NCBI GenBank assembly: GCA_035948165.1
Contig: DASZJM010000129.1
Coordinates: 1 to 50,164 of the forward strand
Source of the DNA: Candidatus Methylomirabilota bacterium
GTDB taxonomy: Bacteria; Methylomirabilota; Methylomirabilia; Rokubacteriales; CSP1-6
Direction of reading: 5' to 3'
DNA: 50,164 bases
The notes below the pieces were generated by a model. It had not been told where the DNA came from, searched no databases, and saw nothing but the letters and a program-made list of their open reading frames with translations. Both the position numbers and the translations under genes were made by a program. How positions within the stretch are numbered: position 1 is the stretch's first letter; every line of letters starts with the position of its first letter. Below, one piece after another: positions 23,535 through 34,128 of the stretch.

Positions 23535-24772
23535 TGGACACCGCGACCCTGCCCGACGAGGTCCAGGCGACGGTCGAGCGGCTCGGCAGCGCCGACGTCG
23601 TGATCGGCCTCGCCACCGCCGGCCCGATCCCCGCCCTCGCCGCGGTGGCGGCCGCGGTGCGCACCGGGCTCGACGCCCACTTCGCGGGCCAGGCCGCCGC
23701 GGTGGTCCACGTCGACCAGGCGCCGTCGGAGGCCACCGCCGCCGCGGTGACCGCGGCCCTCGGCGACCTGCGGGCGGTCTCGGTGCCCGCCCCGGGCGGT
23801 CACGGCGACGACGGGCTCGACTGGGCCTCCGCGGTGCGCGCGGTCCTCACGGTGGGCCGACGGCTCGAGGCGCGCGCGATCGTGATGCTCAACGCCGACC
23901 TGAGCAGCATGACCAGCGAGTGGCTCCGTGGCCTCGCCGTGCCGGTGCTCAAGGACGACTACGGCCTCATGCTGCCGCTCTACCGGCGCTACCGCTACGA
24001 CGGTACGCTCACCCAGGCCCTCGTGGTCCCGCTGATGCGGAGCCTCTTCGGTCGCCAGCTCGCGCACCCGCTCGCCGAGGAGTTCGCCTGCTCGGCCGCG
24101 GCGGCCGACTTCTTCCTCCAGCAGCCGATCTGGGAGAGCGAGCTCGGGCACCAGGGTCTCGAGTTCTGGATGCCCGCCGCCGCCATCGAGCAGGGGCTCA
24201 CGATCGGCCAGTCGGTGCTCGGGCCGCGCACGGTGGCCGCGGCGGCGCATCCGTCCGCGCCGCTCGGCCGCACGGTGGGCCGCGTGGCCGGCGCGCTCTT
24301 CGCCCTGGCCGACCGCGCGGAGAGCTTCTGGCTGGACATTCGCGGCTCCGAGCCGGTGGTGAGCTTCGGGGTGCCCCCCGAGCCCCTGCCCGGCGGCCCG
24401 CCGGTCGATCCCTCGCTGATGCAGGTGGGCTTCGTGCAAGGCGTGCGCGACCTGCTCCCGGTGTGGGAGCGCATCCTCGCGCCCGAGAACCTGGGCGAGG
24501 TGCTCGAGCTGAGCGATCGGCCGCTGGAGCGCTTCCGCTTTTCGGATCGCCTGTGGACCCGCGTGGTCTACGACTTCGTCCTCGCCTACCGCACCCGCGT
24601 GGTCTATCGCAGCCACGCGGCGCAGTCGCTGGCTCCTCTCTACCTCGGCCGCGCCGCCTCGGTGGTGCTGGAGACGCAGGGCCGGCCGCCGCTCGCCATG
24701 CTGCAGAGCGCGGCGCGGCTGGGCGGGATGTTCGAGGAGGAGAAGCCCTACCTGGTGGACCGGTGGCGATGA
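23534..24772 (+). CDS. GT-A-like glycosyltransferase-fold protein with degenerate motifs (family uncertain)
   Basis: 412 aa. ADVVIGLATAG...VVHVDQAPSEAT...IVMLNADLSS (NAD instead of DxD)...YGLMLPLYRRYRYDGTLTQ...LFGRQLAHPLAEEF. The start overlaps the previous stop (TGATG) and the stop overlaps the glgE start (ATGA). Confidence 0.55.
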   Translation: MDTATLPDEVQATVERLGSADVVIGLATAGPIPALAAVAAAVRTGLDAHFAGQAAAVVHVDQAPSEATAAAVTAALGDLRAVSVPAPGGHGDDGLDWASAVRAVLTVGRRLEARAIVMLNADLSSMTSEWLRGLAVPVLKDDYGLMLPLYRRYRYDGTLTQALVVPLMRSLFGRQLAHPLAEEFACSAAAADFFLQQPIWESELGHQGLEFWMPAAAIEQGLTIGQSVLGPRTVAAAAHPSAPLGRTVGRVAGALFALADRAESFWLDIRGSEPVVSFGVPPEPLPGGPPVDPSLMQVGFVQGVRDLLPVWERILAPENLGEVLELSDRPLERFRFSDRLWTRVVYDFVLAYRTRVVYRSHAAQSLAPLYLGRAASVVLETQGRPPLAMLQSAARLGGMFEEEKPYLVDRWR

Positions 24773-26751
24773 AGCCCGAGCGCCGCCCCATCGTCATCGA
24801 GCACGTCCGCCCCGCGGTGGACGACGGCCGGTATCCGGCCAAGCGCGTGGTGGGCGATACCCTCGCGGTCTCGGCGGACATCTTCAAGGAGGGGCACGAC
24901 CTGCTGGCCGCGCGCGTCTGCTACCGGCGGCGCGACGAGTCGGGCTGGCACGAGGCCCCGCTCCGCCTCGTCGACAACGACGGCTGGGGCGGCGCCTTCC
25001 GGCTCGAGGCCAACGCCCGCTACCTCTACACCGTGGAGGCCTGGACCGACGCCTTCGGCTCGTGGGGCGAGGAGATGCGGAGGCGCATCAAGGGCGGCCA
25101 GGCCGACCTCACGAGCGAGCTGCTCGAGGGCGCCGAGATGGTGCGGCGCGCGCGCGCCACCGTCTCCGGCGCCGACCAGGCCGCGCTCGCCCGCGCCCTC
25201 GAGCGTGTGGCGGGGGCGTCGTCGCAGGACGCGCGCCTCGACGCGCTGCTCGACGGCGATCTCCGCCAGCTCATGGCCCGCGTGGCGCCGCGGCCCGATC
25301 TCACCCGCTACGACCGCGAGCTGGAGGTGGTGGTCGACCGGCCGGAGGCCGGCTTCGCGGCGTGGTACGAGATGTTCCCGCGCTCGCAGGGCCGGCTGCC
25401 CGGGCGCCACGGCACCTTCGACGACTGCATCGAGCGGCTGCCGGACATCCGGCGGATGGGCTTCGACGTCGTCTACCTGCCGCCGATCCACCCGATCGGC
25501 CGCACCGCCCGCAAGGGGCCCGACAACGCGCTCGACGCCGGGCCCAGCGACCCGGGCAGCCCGTGGGCCATCGGCGGTCCCGAGGGCGGCCACACCGCGG
25601 TGCACCCCGAGCTCGGCGACCTCGAGACCTTTCGCCGCCTCGTGAAGAGCGCGCGGGGCCTGGGGCTCGAGATCGCGCTCGACTTCGCGATCCAGTGCTC
25701 GCCCGACCACCCGTGGGTGCGCGAGCATCCCGAGTGGTTCCACCGGCGCCCGGATGGGACGATCAAGTACGCGGAGAACCCGCCCAAGAAGTACCAGGAC
25801 ATCTACCCGATCAACTTCGCCACCGAGGCGTGGCCCGCCCTGTGGGACGCGCTGCTCGGGGTGGTGCGCTTCTGGATCGAGCAGGGGGTGCGGACGTTCC
25901 GGGTCGACAATCCCCACACCAAGCCGCTCGACTTCTGGGCGTGGCTCATCCGGCAAGTGCAGGACCGTGATCCGGACGTGATCTTTCTCTCCGAGGCCTT
26001 CACCCGCCCCAAGGTCATGCGGGCGCTCGCCAAGGCCGGCTTCACCCAGTCCTACACCTACTTCACGTGGCGGAACTTCAAGGAGGAGCTGACCGAGTAC
26101 CTGGAGGAGCTCACCCGGTCGGAGATGGTCGAGTACTTCCGCGGCAACTTCTTCGTGAACACCCCCGACATCCTCCCCGAGGTGCTCCAGCGCGGGGGCA
26201 CGCCCGCCTTCCGCATGCGGGCGACGCTCGCGGCCACGCTGTCCACCGTGTGGGGCATCTACAGCGGGTTCGAGCTGGGGGAGTCGGCGGCCCTGCCCGG
26301 CAGCGAGGAGTACCAGGGCTCGGAGAAGTACGAGATCCGGGTCCGCGACTGGGACGCGCCGGGCCACCTGAAGGACCACATCGCGCGGCTCAACGTCATC
26401 CGGCGCGAGAACCGTGCCCTGCACGCGATGCGCGGCCTCCGCTTCTACCCCTCGAGCAGCCCGCACGTGCTCTTCTACAGCAAGATGACCCCGGAGCGCG
26501 ACAACGTGATCCTGGTCGCGGTGAACCTCGATCCGTTCGCCACCCACGAGAGCACGCTCGAGATCCCGCTCGAGGAGATCGGCATCGCGGCCGACGAGAC
26601 CTACGAGCTGCACGAGCTGCTCGCCGACCAGCGGCGCCTCATCCGCGGCGGCCGGCACACCGTGAGCCTCGACCCGCGCACCGCCTCCGCCCACGTCTAC
26701 CGCCTCGGCCGCTGGCGCCGCCGCGAGCGGGACTTCGACTACTACGCGTGA
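24769..26751 (+). CDS. glgE: Alpha-1,4-glucan:maltose-1-phosphate maltosyltransferase
   Basis: 660 aa. MKPERRPIVIEHVRPAVDDGRYPAKRVVGDTLAVSADIFKEGHD...AWYEMFPRS...FDVVYLPPIHPIG...FRVDNPHTKP, typical of GlgE. Confidence 0.9.
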   Translation: MKPERRPIVIEHVRPAVDDGRYPAKRVVGDTLAVSADIFKEGHDLLAARVCYRRRDESGWHEAPLRLVDNDGWGGAFRLEANARYLYTVEAWTDAFGSWGEEMRRRIKGGQADLTSELLEGAEMVRRARATVSGADQAALARALERVAGASSQDARLDALLDGDLRQLMARVAPRPDLTRYDRELEVVVDRPEAGFAAWYEMFPRSQGRLPGRHGTFDDCIERLPDIRRMGFDVVYLPPIHPIGRTARKGPDNALDAGPSDPGSPWAIGGPEGGHTAVHPELGDLETFRRLVKSARGLGLEIALDFAIQCSPDHPWVREHPEWFHRRPDGTIKYAENPPKKYQDIYPINFATEAWPALWDALLGVVRFWIEQGVRTFRVDNPHTKPLDFWAWLIRQVQDRDPDVIFLSEAFTRPKVMRALAKAGFTQSYTYFTWRNFKEELTEYLEELTRSEMVEYFRGNFFVNTPDILPEVLQRGGTPAFRMRATLAATLSTVWGIYSGFELGESAALPGSEEYQGSEKYEIRVRDWDAPGHLKDHIARLNVIRRENRALHAMRGLRFYPSSSPHVLFYSKMTPERDNVILVAVNLDPFATHESTLEIPLEEIGIAADETYELHELLADQRRLIRGGRHTVSLDPRTASAHVYRLGRWRRRERDFDYYA

Positions 26752-26882
26752 GATGAGATGCTTTCTCGCTTACCCGCCCACCCACGAGCGTCCGGGGCAG
26801 TGGCTTGGCGAGGTGCAGCCGAAGGCGAGCCGAGCGGATACATAATGAAGCTTCCGGTGTCAGCCCACTAAGCGAGGCCCAG

Positions 26883-29974
<3,092 letters not shown>

Positions 29975-29994
<20 letters not shown>

Positions 29995-30184
29995 CGCCGC
30001 GCTCGTCCAGCCACTCCGCCACCTTCCGCCAGAGCCTCGGCTCTCGCTCCCGCCAGGCCTCGACGCCCGCGGCGGACACGACCTTGTAGGGACCTTCCTC
30101 TCGCAGCACCGCCTCCACGACCGCGGCCAGGCCGCTGTCGGCGGCCCGGCATTCTCCCAGCAGATCCTCGGCTCGACCGATCAT
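29975..30184 (-). CDS. Hypothetical 69-aa protein
   Basis: ORF with good GC3 bias. An exact sigma-54 element sits 15 nt upstream of its ATG. No family recognised. Overlaps the mak 3' end by 20 nt. Confidence 0.45.
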
Positions 30185-30199
30185 GGGCGGCGTGGCAGC

Positions 30200-30214
30200 G
30201 CAAGCGCCGTGCCA
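30200..30214 (-). promoter_or_regulatory. Sigma-54 type -24/-12 promoter element upstream of the 69-aa ORF
   Basis: Reverse strand reads exactly TGGCAC-ggcgc-TTGC. 15 nt to ATG 30184. Confidence 0.5.
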
Positions 30215-30378
30215 CTGAAGCGTCGCCGTGCGATCCGAAGTATTCCGCCTTCCGACGGCCGAATCGAGGCGCTTCTACCGGGTAGTCCTGACCTGATCCC
30301 GATCGCTCCCGCGTCCGCTGACGCGGAATCCGCTGACATGTGCCGGGGATTCAGGCAGTTTGCCCACTCCGCGCTCAC

Positions 30379-30393
30379 TGGCACGTCACGTGC
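30379..30393 (+). promoter_or_regulatory. Sigma-54-like -24/-12 element upstream of the lmo0937-like/SOD operon
   Basis: TGGCACG-tcac-GTGC (followed by GT), one mismatch. 15 of 17 positions are identical to the element at 10890. It also forms the palindrome GCACGT-c-ACGTGC. 60 nt to ATG 30454. Confidence 0.45.
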
Positions 30394-30453
30394 GTCTACA
30401 CCCGGCCGACGCACGGGCAAGAGACTCGAACTCAATACTCGGAGGACGACGAC

Positions 30454-30603
30454 ATGCTGTGGACGATCTTCGTGATCCTACTGGTGCTGTGGGCGGTCGG
30501 GATGGTCAGCTCGTACACCCTGGGCGGCTTCATCCATCTGCTGCTGCTCATCGCGATCGCGGTGGTCCTGATCCGCATCATCCAGGGACGTCGCCCCGTC
30601 TAG
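30454..30603 (+). CDS. lmo0937-family small membrane protein (49 aa)
   Basis: MLWTIFVILLVLWAVGMVSSYTLGGFIHLLLLIAIAVVLIRIIQGRRPV. RBS GGAGGA upstream. Confidence 0.7.
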   Translation: MLWTIFVILLVLWAVGMVSSYTLGGFIHLLLLIAIAVVLIRIIQGRRPV

Positions 30604-30616
30604 GAGCTCGCTCGAC

Positions 30617-31219
30617 ATGAACTACAAGGTCCAGGAGCATCTGAAGCCCAAGGCGCTGGCCGGCATCTCGGACGACCAGATCACGCAGCACTGGGCGCTC
30701 TACGAGGGCTACGTGAAAAACGCCAACGGCCTGCTCGAGGCCACCGCCAAGGCGGAAGTCGGCTCGCCCGCGTGGGCCGAGACGCGGCGGCGGCTCGGCT
30801 TCGAGATGAACGGGCTGGTGCTCCACGAGTACTACTTCGCCAACCTCGCGTCGGGGTCGAAGCTCTCGCCGGGCAGCGACCTGGCCTCCGACGTGGGCGC
30901 GGCGTGGGGCTCGGCGGGCGCGTGGCGGGAGGACTTCGCCAAGACCGGGGCCATGCGCGGCGTGGGCTGGGCGATTCTCTATCACGACCCGGCCACCGGC
31001 GCGCTACTCAACTGCTGGATCTCGAGTCACGAGCAGGGGCATCCGGCCGGGTTCCATCCGATCCTCGTCCTCGACGTCTTCGAGCACGCGTTCATGGTGG
31101 ACTACGGGGCGAGCGGGCGAGCGGAGTACATCACCGCCTTCCTCGAGAACGTCAACTGGGAAGTGGTCGAGCAGCGGCACAAGGACAGCAAGGCCGGGCG
31201 CTACACCGCCCGCTTCTGA
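30617..31219 (+). CDS. Fe/Mn-family superoxide dismutase
   Basis: 200 aa. The four metal-ligand positions are recognisable (QHW, VLHEYYF, LDVFEHAF). Confidence 0.85.
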   Translation: MNYKVQEHLKPKALAGISDDQITQHWALYEGYVKNANGLLEATAKAEVGSPAWAETRRRLGFEMNGLVLHEYYFANLASGSKLSPGSDLASDVGAAWGSAGAWREDFAKTGAMRGVGWAILYHDPATGALLNCWISSHEQGHPAGFHPILVLDVFEHAFMVDYGASGRAEYITAFLENVNWEVVEQRHKDSKAGRYTARF

Positions 31220-31228
31220 GAGGGGCCC

Positions 31229-31450
31229 ATGAAAAGCGGAGTCCTCGTCATCGCCATCGTCCTGATCGCCATCGGCGTGGTGTCCCTGGCCTACCAGGGC
31301 ATCACCTACACGACCCGGGAGAAGGTGCTCGAGGTCGGGCCCATCAAGGCCACGAAAGACAAAGAACACACCGTCCCGCTGCCGCCGATCCTGGGCGGGC
31401 TGGCCCTCGCCGGCGGCGTGGTGCTGCTGGTGGTGGGGGCGCGCCGGTAG
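31229..31450 (+). CDS. Small two-TM membrane protein (DUF3185-like by recollection)
   Basis: MKSGVLVIAIVLIAIGVVSLAYQGITYTTREKVLEVGPIKATKDKEHTVPLPPILGGLALAGGVVLLVVGARR. Confidence 0.6.
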   Translation: MKSGVLVIAIVLIAIGVVSLAYQGITYTTREKVLEVGPIKATKDKEHTVPLPPILGGLALAGGVVLLVVGARR

Positions 31451-31503
31451 CGCCCCTTCACCGCTCCGTCACCGGAGCCGGCGCGCCTGGCCGTCCGGTG
31501 GAG

Positions 31504-31538
31504 CCGCGGGCGCGGTCCCTTCTCGGCCGCGCCCGCGG
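31504..31538 (+). terminator. Strong GC hairpin after the SOD operon (no U-tract)
   Basis: CCGCGGGCGCGG-tcccttctcgg-CCGCGCCCGCGG, a perfect 12-bp stem. Confidence 0.5.
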
Positions 31539-31579
31539 TGTTTCTCCGCGGGCCGCCTTTCGTGGCACACTGGCGGGCC

Positions 31580-32233
31580 GTGACCTCCCCCGATCCGAAG
31601 CTGCCGCGCGCGTTCTACGCGAATCCCGATGTCGTCACGGTGGCCCGCCGTCTTCTCGGCCAGCTGCTGGTGGTGCCCACCCGCGCGGGTCGGGTCTCGG
31701 GCCTCATCGTGGAGACCGAGGCGTACCGCGGTCCCGAGGACCGCGCCTCCCACGCGTGGGGCGGCCGCCGCACTCTCCGCACCGAGACGATGTACGCCCG
31801 CGGGGGCACCGCGTACGTGTACTTCGTCTACGGGATGTACTTCCAGTTCAACGTGGTGACCGGCGTCGCCGAGGTCCCGCACGCGGTGCTGGTGCGCGCG
31901 CTCGAGCCGGTCGAGGGCGTGGGGCTGATGCGGCGGCGCCGCGGCGCCGGTGCGCTCCACGGCCTCACCAGCGGCCCGGGCAAGCTCTGCATCGCGCTGG
32001 GGATCGATCGTCGCTTCGACCGGGCCGACCTGCTCGGCGACCGGATCTGGATCGAGCGACGCCCCGCGGTGCCGGCGCGGCGCATCGCCGCCGGGCCGCG
32101 CGTGGGCATCGACTACGCGGAGGCGTGGGTGGATCGGCCCTGGCGCTTCTGGCTCCGCGATAGCCCCTTCGTGAGCCGGGCTCCCGCCCTCACACGCGCA
32201 GGCGCACGCCGGTCCGCGAGAGGGCCCACATGA
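31580..32233 (+). CDS. mpg: DNA-3-methyladenine glycosylase (Mpg/AAG family)
   Basis: LPRAFYANPDVVTVARRLLGQLLV...GLIVETEAYRGPEDRASHA...YVYFVYGMYFQFNVV...GPGKLCIALGI. The GTG at 31580 is preferred because the GTG at 31538 lies inside the terminator stem. Confidence 0.8.
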   Translation: MTSPDPKLPRAFYANPDVVTVARRLLGQLLVVPTRAGRVSGLIVETEAYRGPEDRASHAWGGRRTLRTETMYARGGTAYVYFVYGMYFQFNVVTGVAEVPHAVLVRALEPVEGVGLMRRRRGAGALHGLTSGPGKLCIALGIDRRFDRADLLGDRIWIERRPAVPARRIAAGPRVGIDYAEAWVDRPWRFWLRDSPFVSRAPALTRAGARRSARGPT

Positions 32234-33347
32234 GGCCCCACCAGAGCAGGACGTAGGCGAGCGCATAGGCCAGCGACGCGTCGATGGGCGGCAGCCACGA
32301 CGCGAAGAGGCGGTCGAAGAGCCAGGCCTGCAGGCGCACCTGCTCGGAGCCGACCCGGATCAGCAGCAGCAGGCGCGCCATCAGGCTCGAGAGGAAGAAG
32401 AGCGGCAGGGCGGTGATCCCCAGCACCACGAACGGCCCCGCGAGCCTCCGCCACCGCCGCCCCTCGATCAGCCAGTAGCAGGCGGCGAGCGCGAGCGCGG
32501 CCAGGCCCGCCATGAAGAGCGCGTACGAGCTGGTCCACAGCGACTTGTTGATCGGGAACGATTGCCCCCAGAGCCAGCCGACCGCGGTCGCGGCGAGGCC
32601 ACCCAGCACGAGCCCGCCGGTCACGCGTCGGGCCGTCCCGGCCCCGCGGAGCCAGTGCCCGGCCAGCACCCCGAGGAGTGTGGTCGCCACCGCGGGCAGG
32701 CTGCTCAACAGTCCCTCCGGGTCGTAGAACTTCGACACCGTCCACACGTGCGGCCCCAGCACCAGGCGGTCGACGTAGCCGGCCAGGTTGCCCGCCGGGC
32801 TCAGGTCGCCCGCGACGCCGCCGGGCACCGGCACGCGCGTCATGAGCAGCCAGTAGCCGACGAGCAGCGCGCCCGCGGCCAGGGCCTGGAGGCGCCACCC
32901 CGCGATGCCGCGGCTCCAGATCACCAGGAGCGCGGCCAGCAGGTAGCAGACCGCGATCCGCTGGAGGACGCCCGGGACGCGCAGGGTGGCCAGGTGAAAC
33001 CACGGCAGGGCGTGCAGGAGCAGCCCGAGCGCGAAGATCGCGAGCGATCGCCGCAGCACGCGCCCGACCAGCCCGGGCGCGTCGCGCTCGAGTCGTGCGC
33101 CCAGCGCGAGCGGGATCGCGACCCCGACGATGAAGAGGAAGAACGGAAAGATCATGTCGGTGGGGGTGAAGCCGTTCCACTCGGCGTGCCGGAGCGGCCA
33201 GTAGATCGCGCTCCACGAGCCGGGATTGTTGACCAGCACCATCGCGGCCACCGTGAGGCCGCGAAGGACGTCGACTGAGATGACCCGGGGCTCGACGGCC
33301 CGGAGCTCGCCGCCTCGGCGCGAGACGGTCCGAGGCGGGTCGGTCAC
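32190..33347 (-). CDS. Heparan-alpha-glucosaminide N-acetyltransferase-like membrane acyltransferase (DUF1624/DUF5009 type)
   Basis: RVISVDVLRGLTVAAMVLVNNPGSWSAIYWPLRHAEWNGFTPTDMIFPFFLFIVGV. The GTG at 33347 overlaps the upstream stop (GTGA). Confidence 0.75.
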   Translation of the reverse strand: MTDPPRTVSRRGGELRAVEPRVISVDVLRGLTVAAMVLVNNPGSWSAIYWPLRHAEWNGFTPTDMIFPFFLFIVGVAIPLALGARLERDAPGLVGRVLRRSLAIFALGLLLHALPWFHLATLRVPGVLQRIAVCYLLAALLVIWSRGIAGWRLQALAAGALLVGYWLLMTRVPVPGGVAGDLSPAGNLAGYVDRLVLGPHVWTVSKFYDPEGLLSSLPAVATTLLGVLAGHWLRGAGTARRVTGGLVLGGLAATAVGWLWGQSFPINKSLWTSSYALFMAGLAALALAACYWLIEGRRWRRLAGPFVVLGITALPLFFLSSLMARLLLLIRVGSEQVRLQAWLFDRLFASWLPPIDASLAYALAYVLLWWGLMWALSRTGVRLRV

Positions 33348-34120
33348 AGGATCGATCGGCCCGCGTCCACCATCAGGGTGGCGCCGGTCACGAACGAGCC
33401 CTCGTCGCAGGCCAGGAACAGGATCGGGAACGCGACCTCGCGCGGCTCCGCCCAGCGGCCCAGCAGGTTGTCGCGGGTGCGCTCGCCGCGCAGCTCGGTC
33501 TCCGACACGCCGCGCGCGGCGGCCCGCCGGATGTGGTACGGGGTGATGGTGCCGCCCGGGCACACCGCGTTGACCCGCACCCGGTGCGGCGCCTCCTCCA
33601 CCGCGAGCGCCCGCGTGAAGCCGAGCACCGCTGCCTTGGTGGTGTCGTACTGCCCCATGCCGGCGCGACCCATGAGCCCGTACACGGAGGAGACGTTGAC
33701 GATGCTGCCTCGCCCGCTCTGTCGCAGCCGCGGCAGCGCCGCCTTGCAGCAGTGGGCGGTGCCGAGCACGTTGACCCCGATGATGCGCTCCCAGTCCGCC
33801 CCGGTCGCCTCCGCGAGCGGCACGTAGACGCGCACGCCGGCCACGTTCACGAGGGTGTCGAGGCCGCCCAGGCGGGTGGACGCCTCCTCGATCAGGTGGC
33901 GCGCGTCGTCCTCGCGGGTGACGTCGCCGACGAGCGCGAGCGGGGCGGCCCCGGGCACCGCGGCGCGGATGCGCTCGGCCGCGGCGGCCACCCCGTCCCC
34001 GTCGGCGTCGAGCAGGGCCACCGCCGCGCCCTCCTCCGCGAAGAGCTGGCCCGTCGCTAGGCCGATGCCGCCACCGCCGCCGGTGACGAGCGCGACGCGG
34101 CCGGCCATGCGCCCGGGCAT
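33344..34120 (-). CDS. Short-chain dehydrogenase/reductase
   Basis: VALVTGGGGGIG...NVAG...SSVYG...YDTTKAA (TGxxxGxG, NAG, YxxxK). Confidence 0.9.
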   Translation of the reverse strand: MPGRMAGRVALVTGGGGGIGLATGQLFAEEGAAVALLDADGDGVAAAAERIRAAVPGAAPLALVGDVTREDDARHLIEEASTRLGGLDTLVNVAGVRVYVPLAEATGADWERIIGVNVLGTAHCCKAALPRLRQSGRGSIVNVSSVYGLMGRAGMGQYDTTKAAVLGFTRALAVEEAPHRVRVNAVCPGGTITPYHIRRAAARGVSETELRGERTRDNLLGRWAEPREVAFPILFLACDEGSFVTGATLMVDAGRSIL

Positions 34121-34128
34121 GGGGCGGA

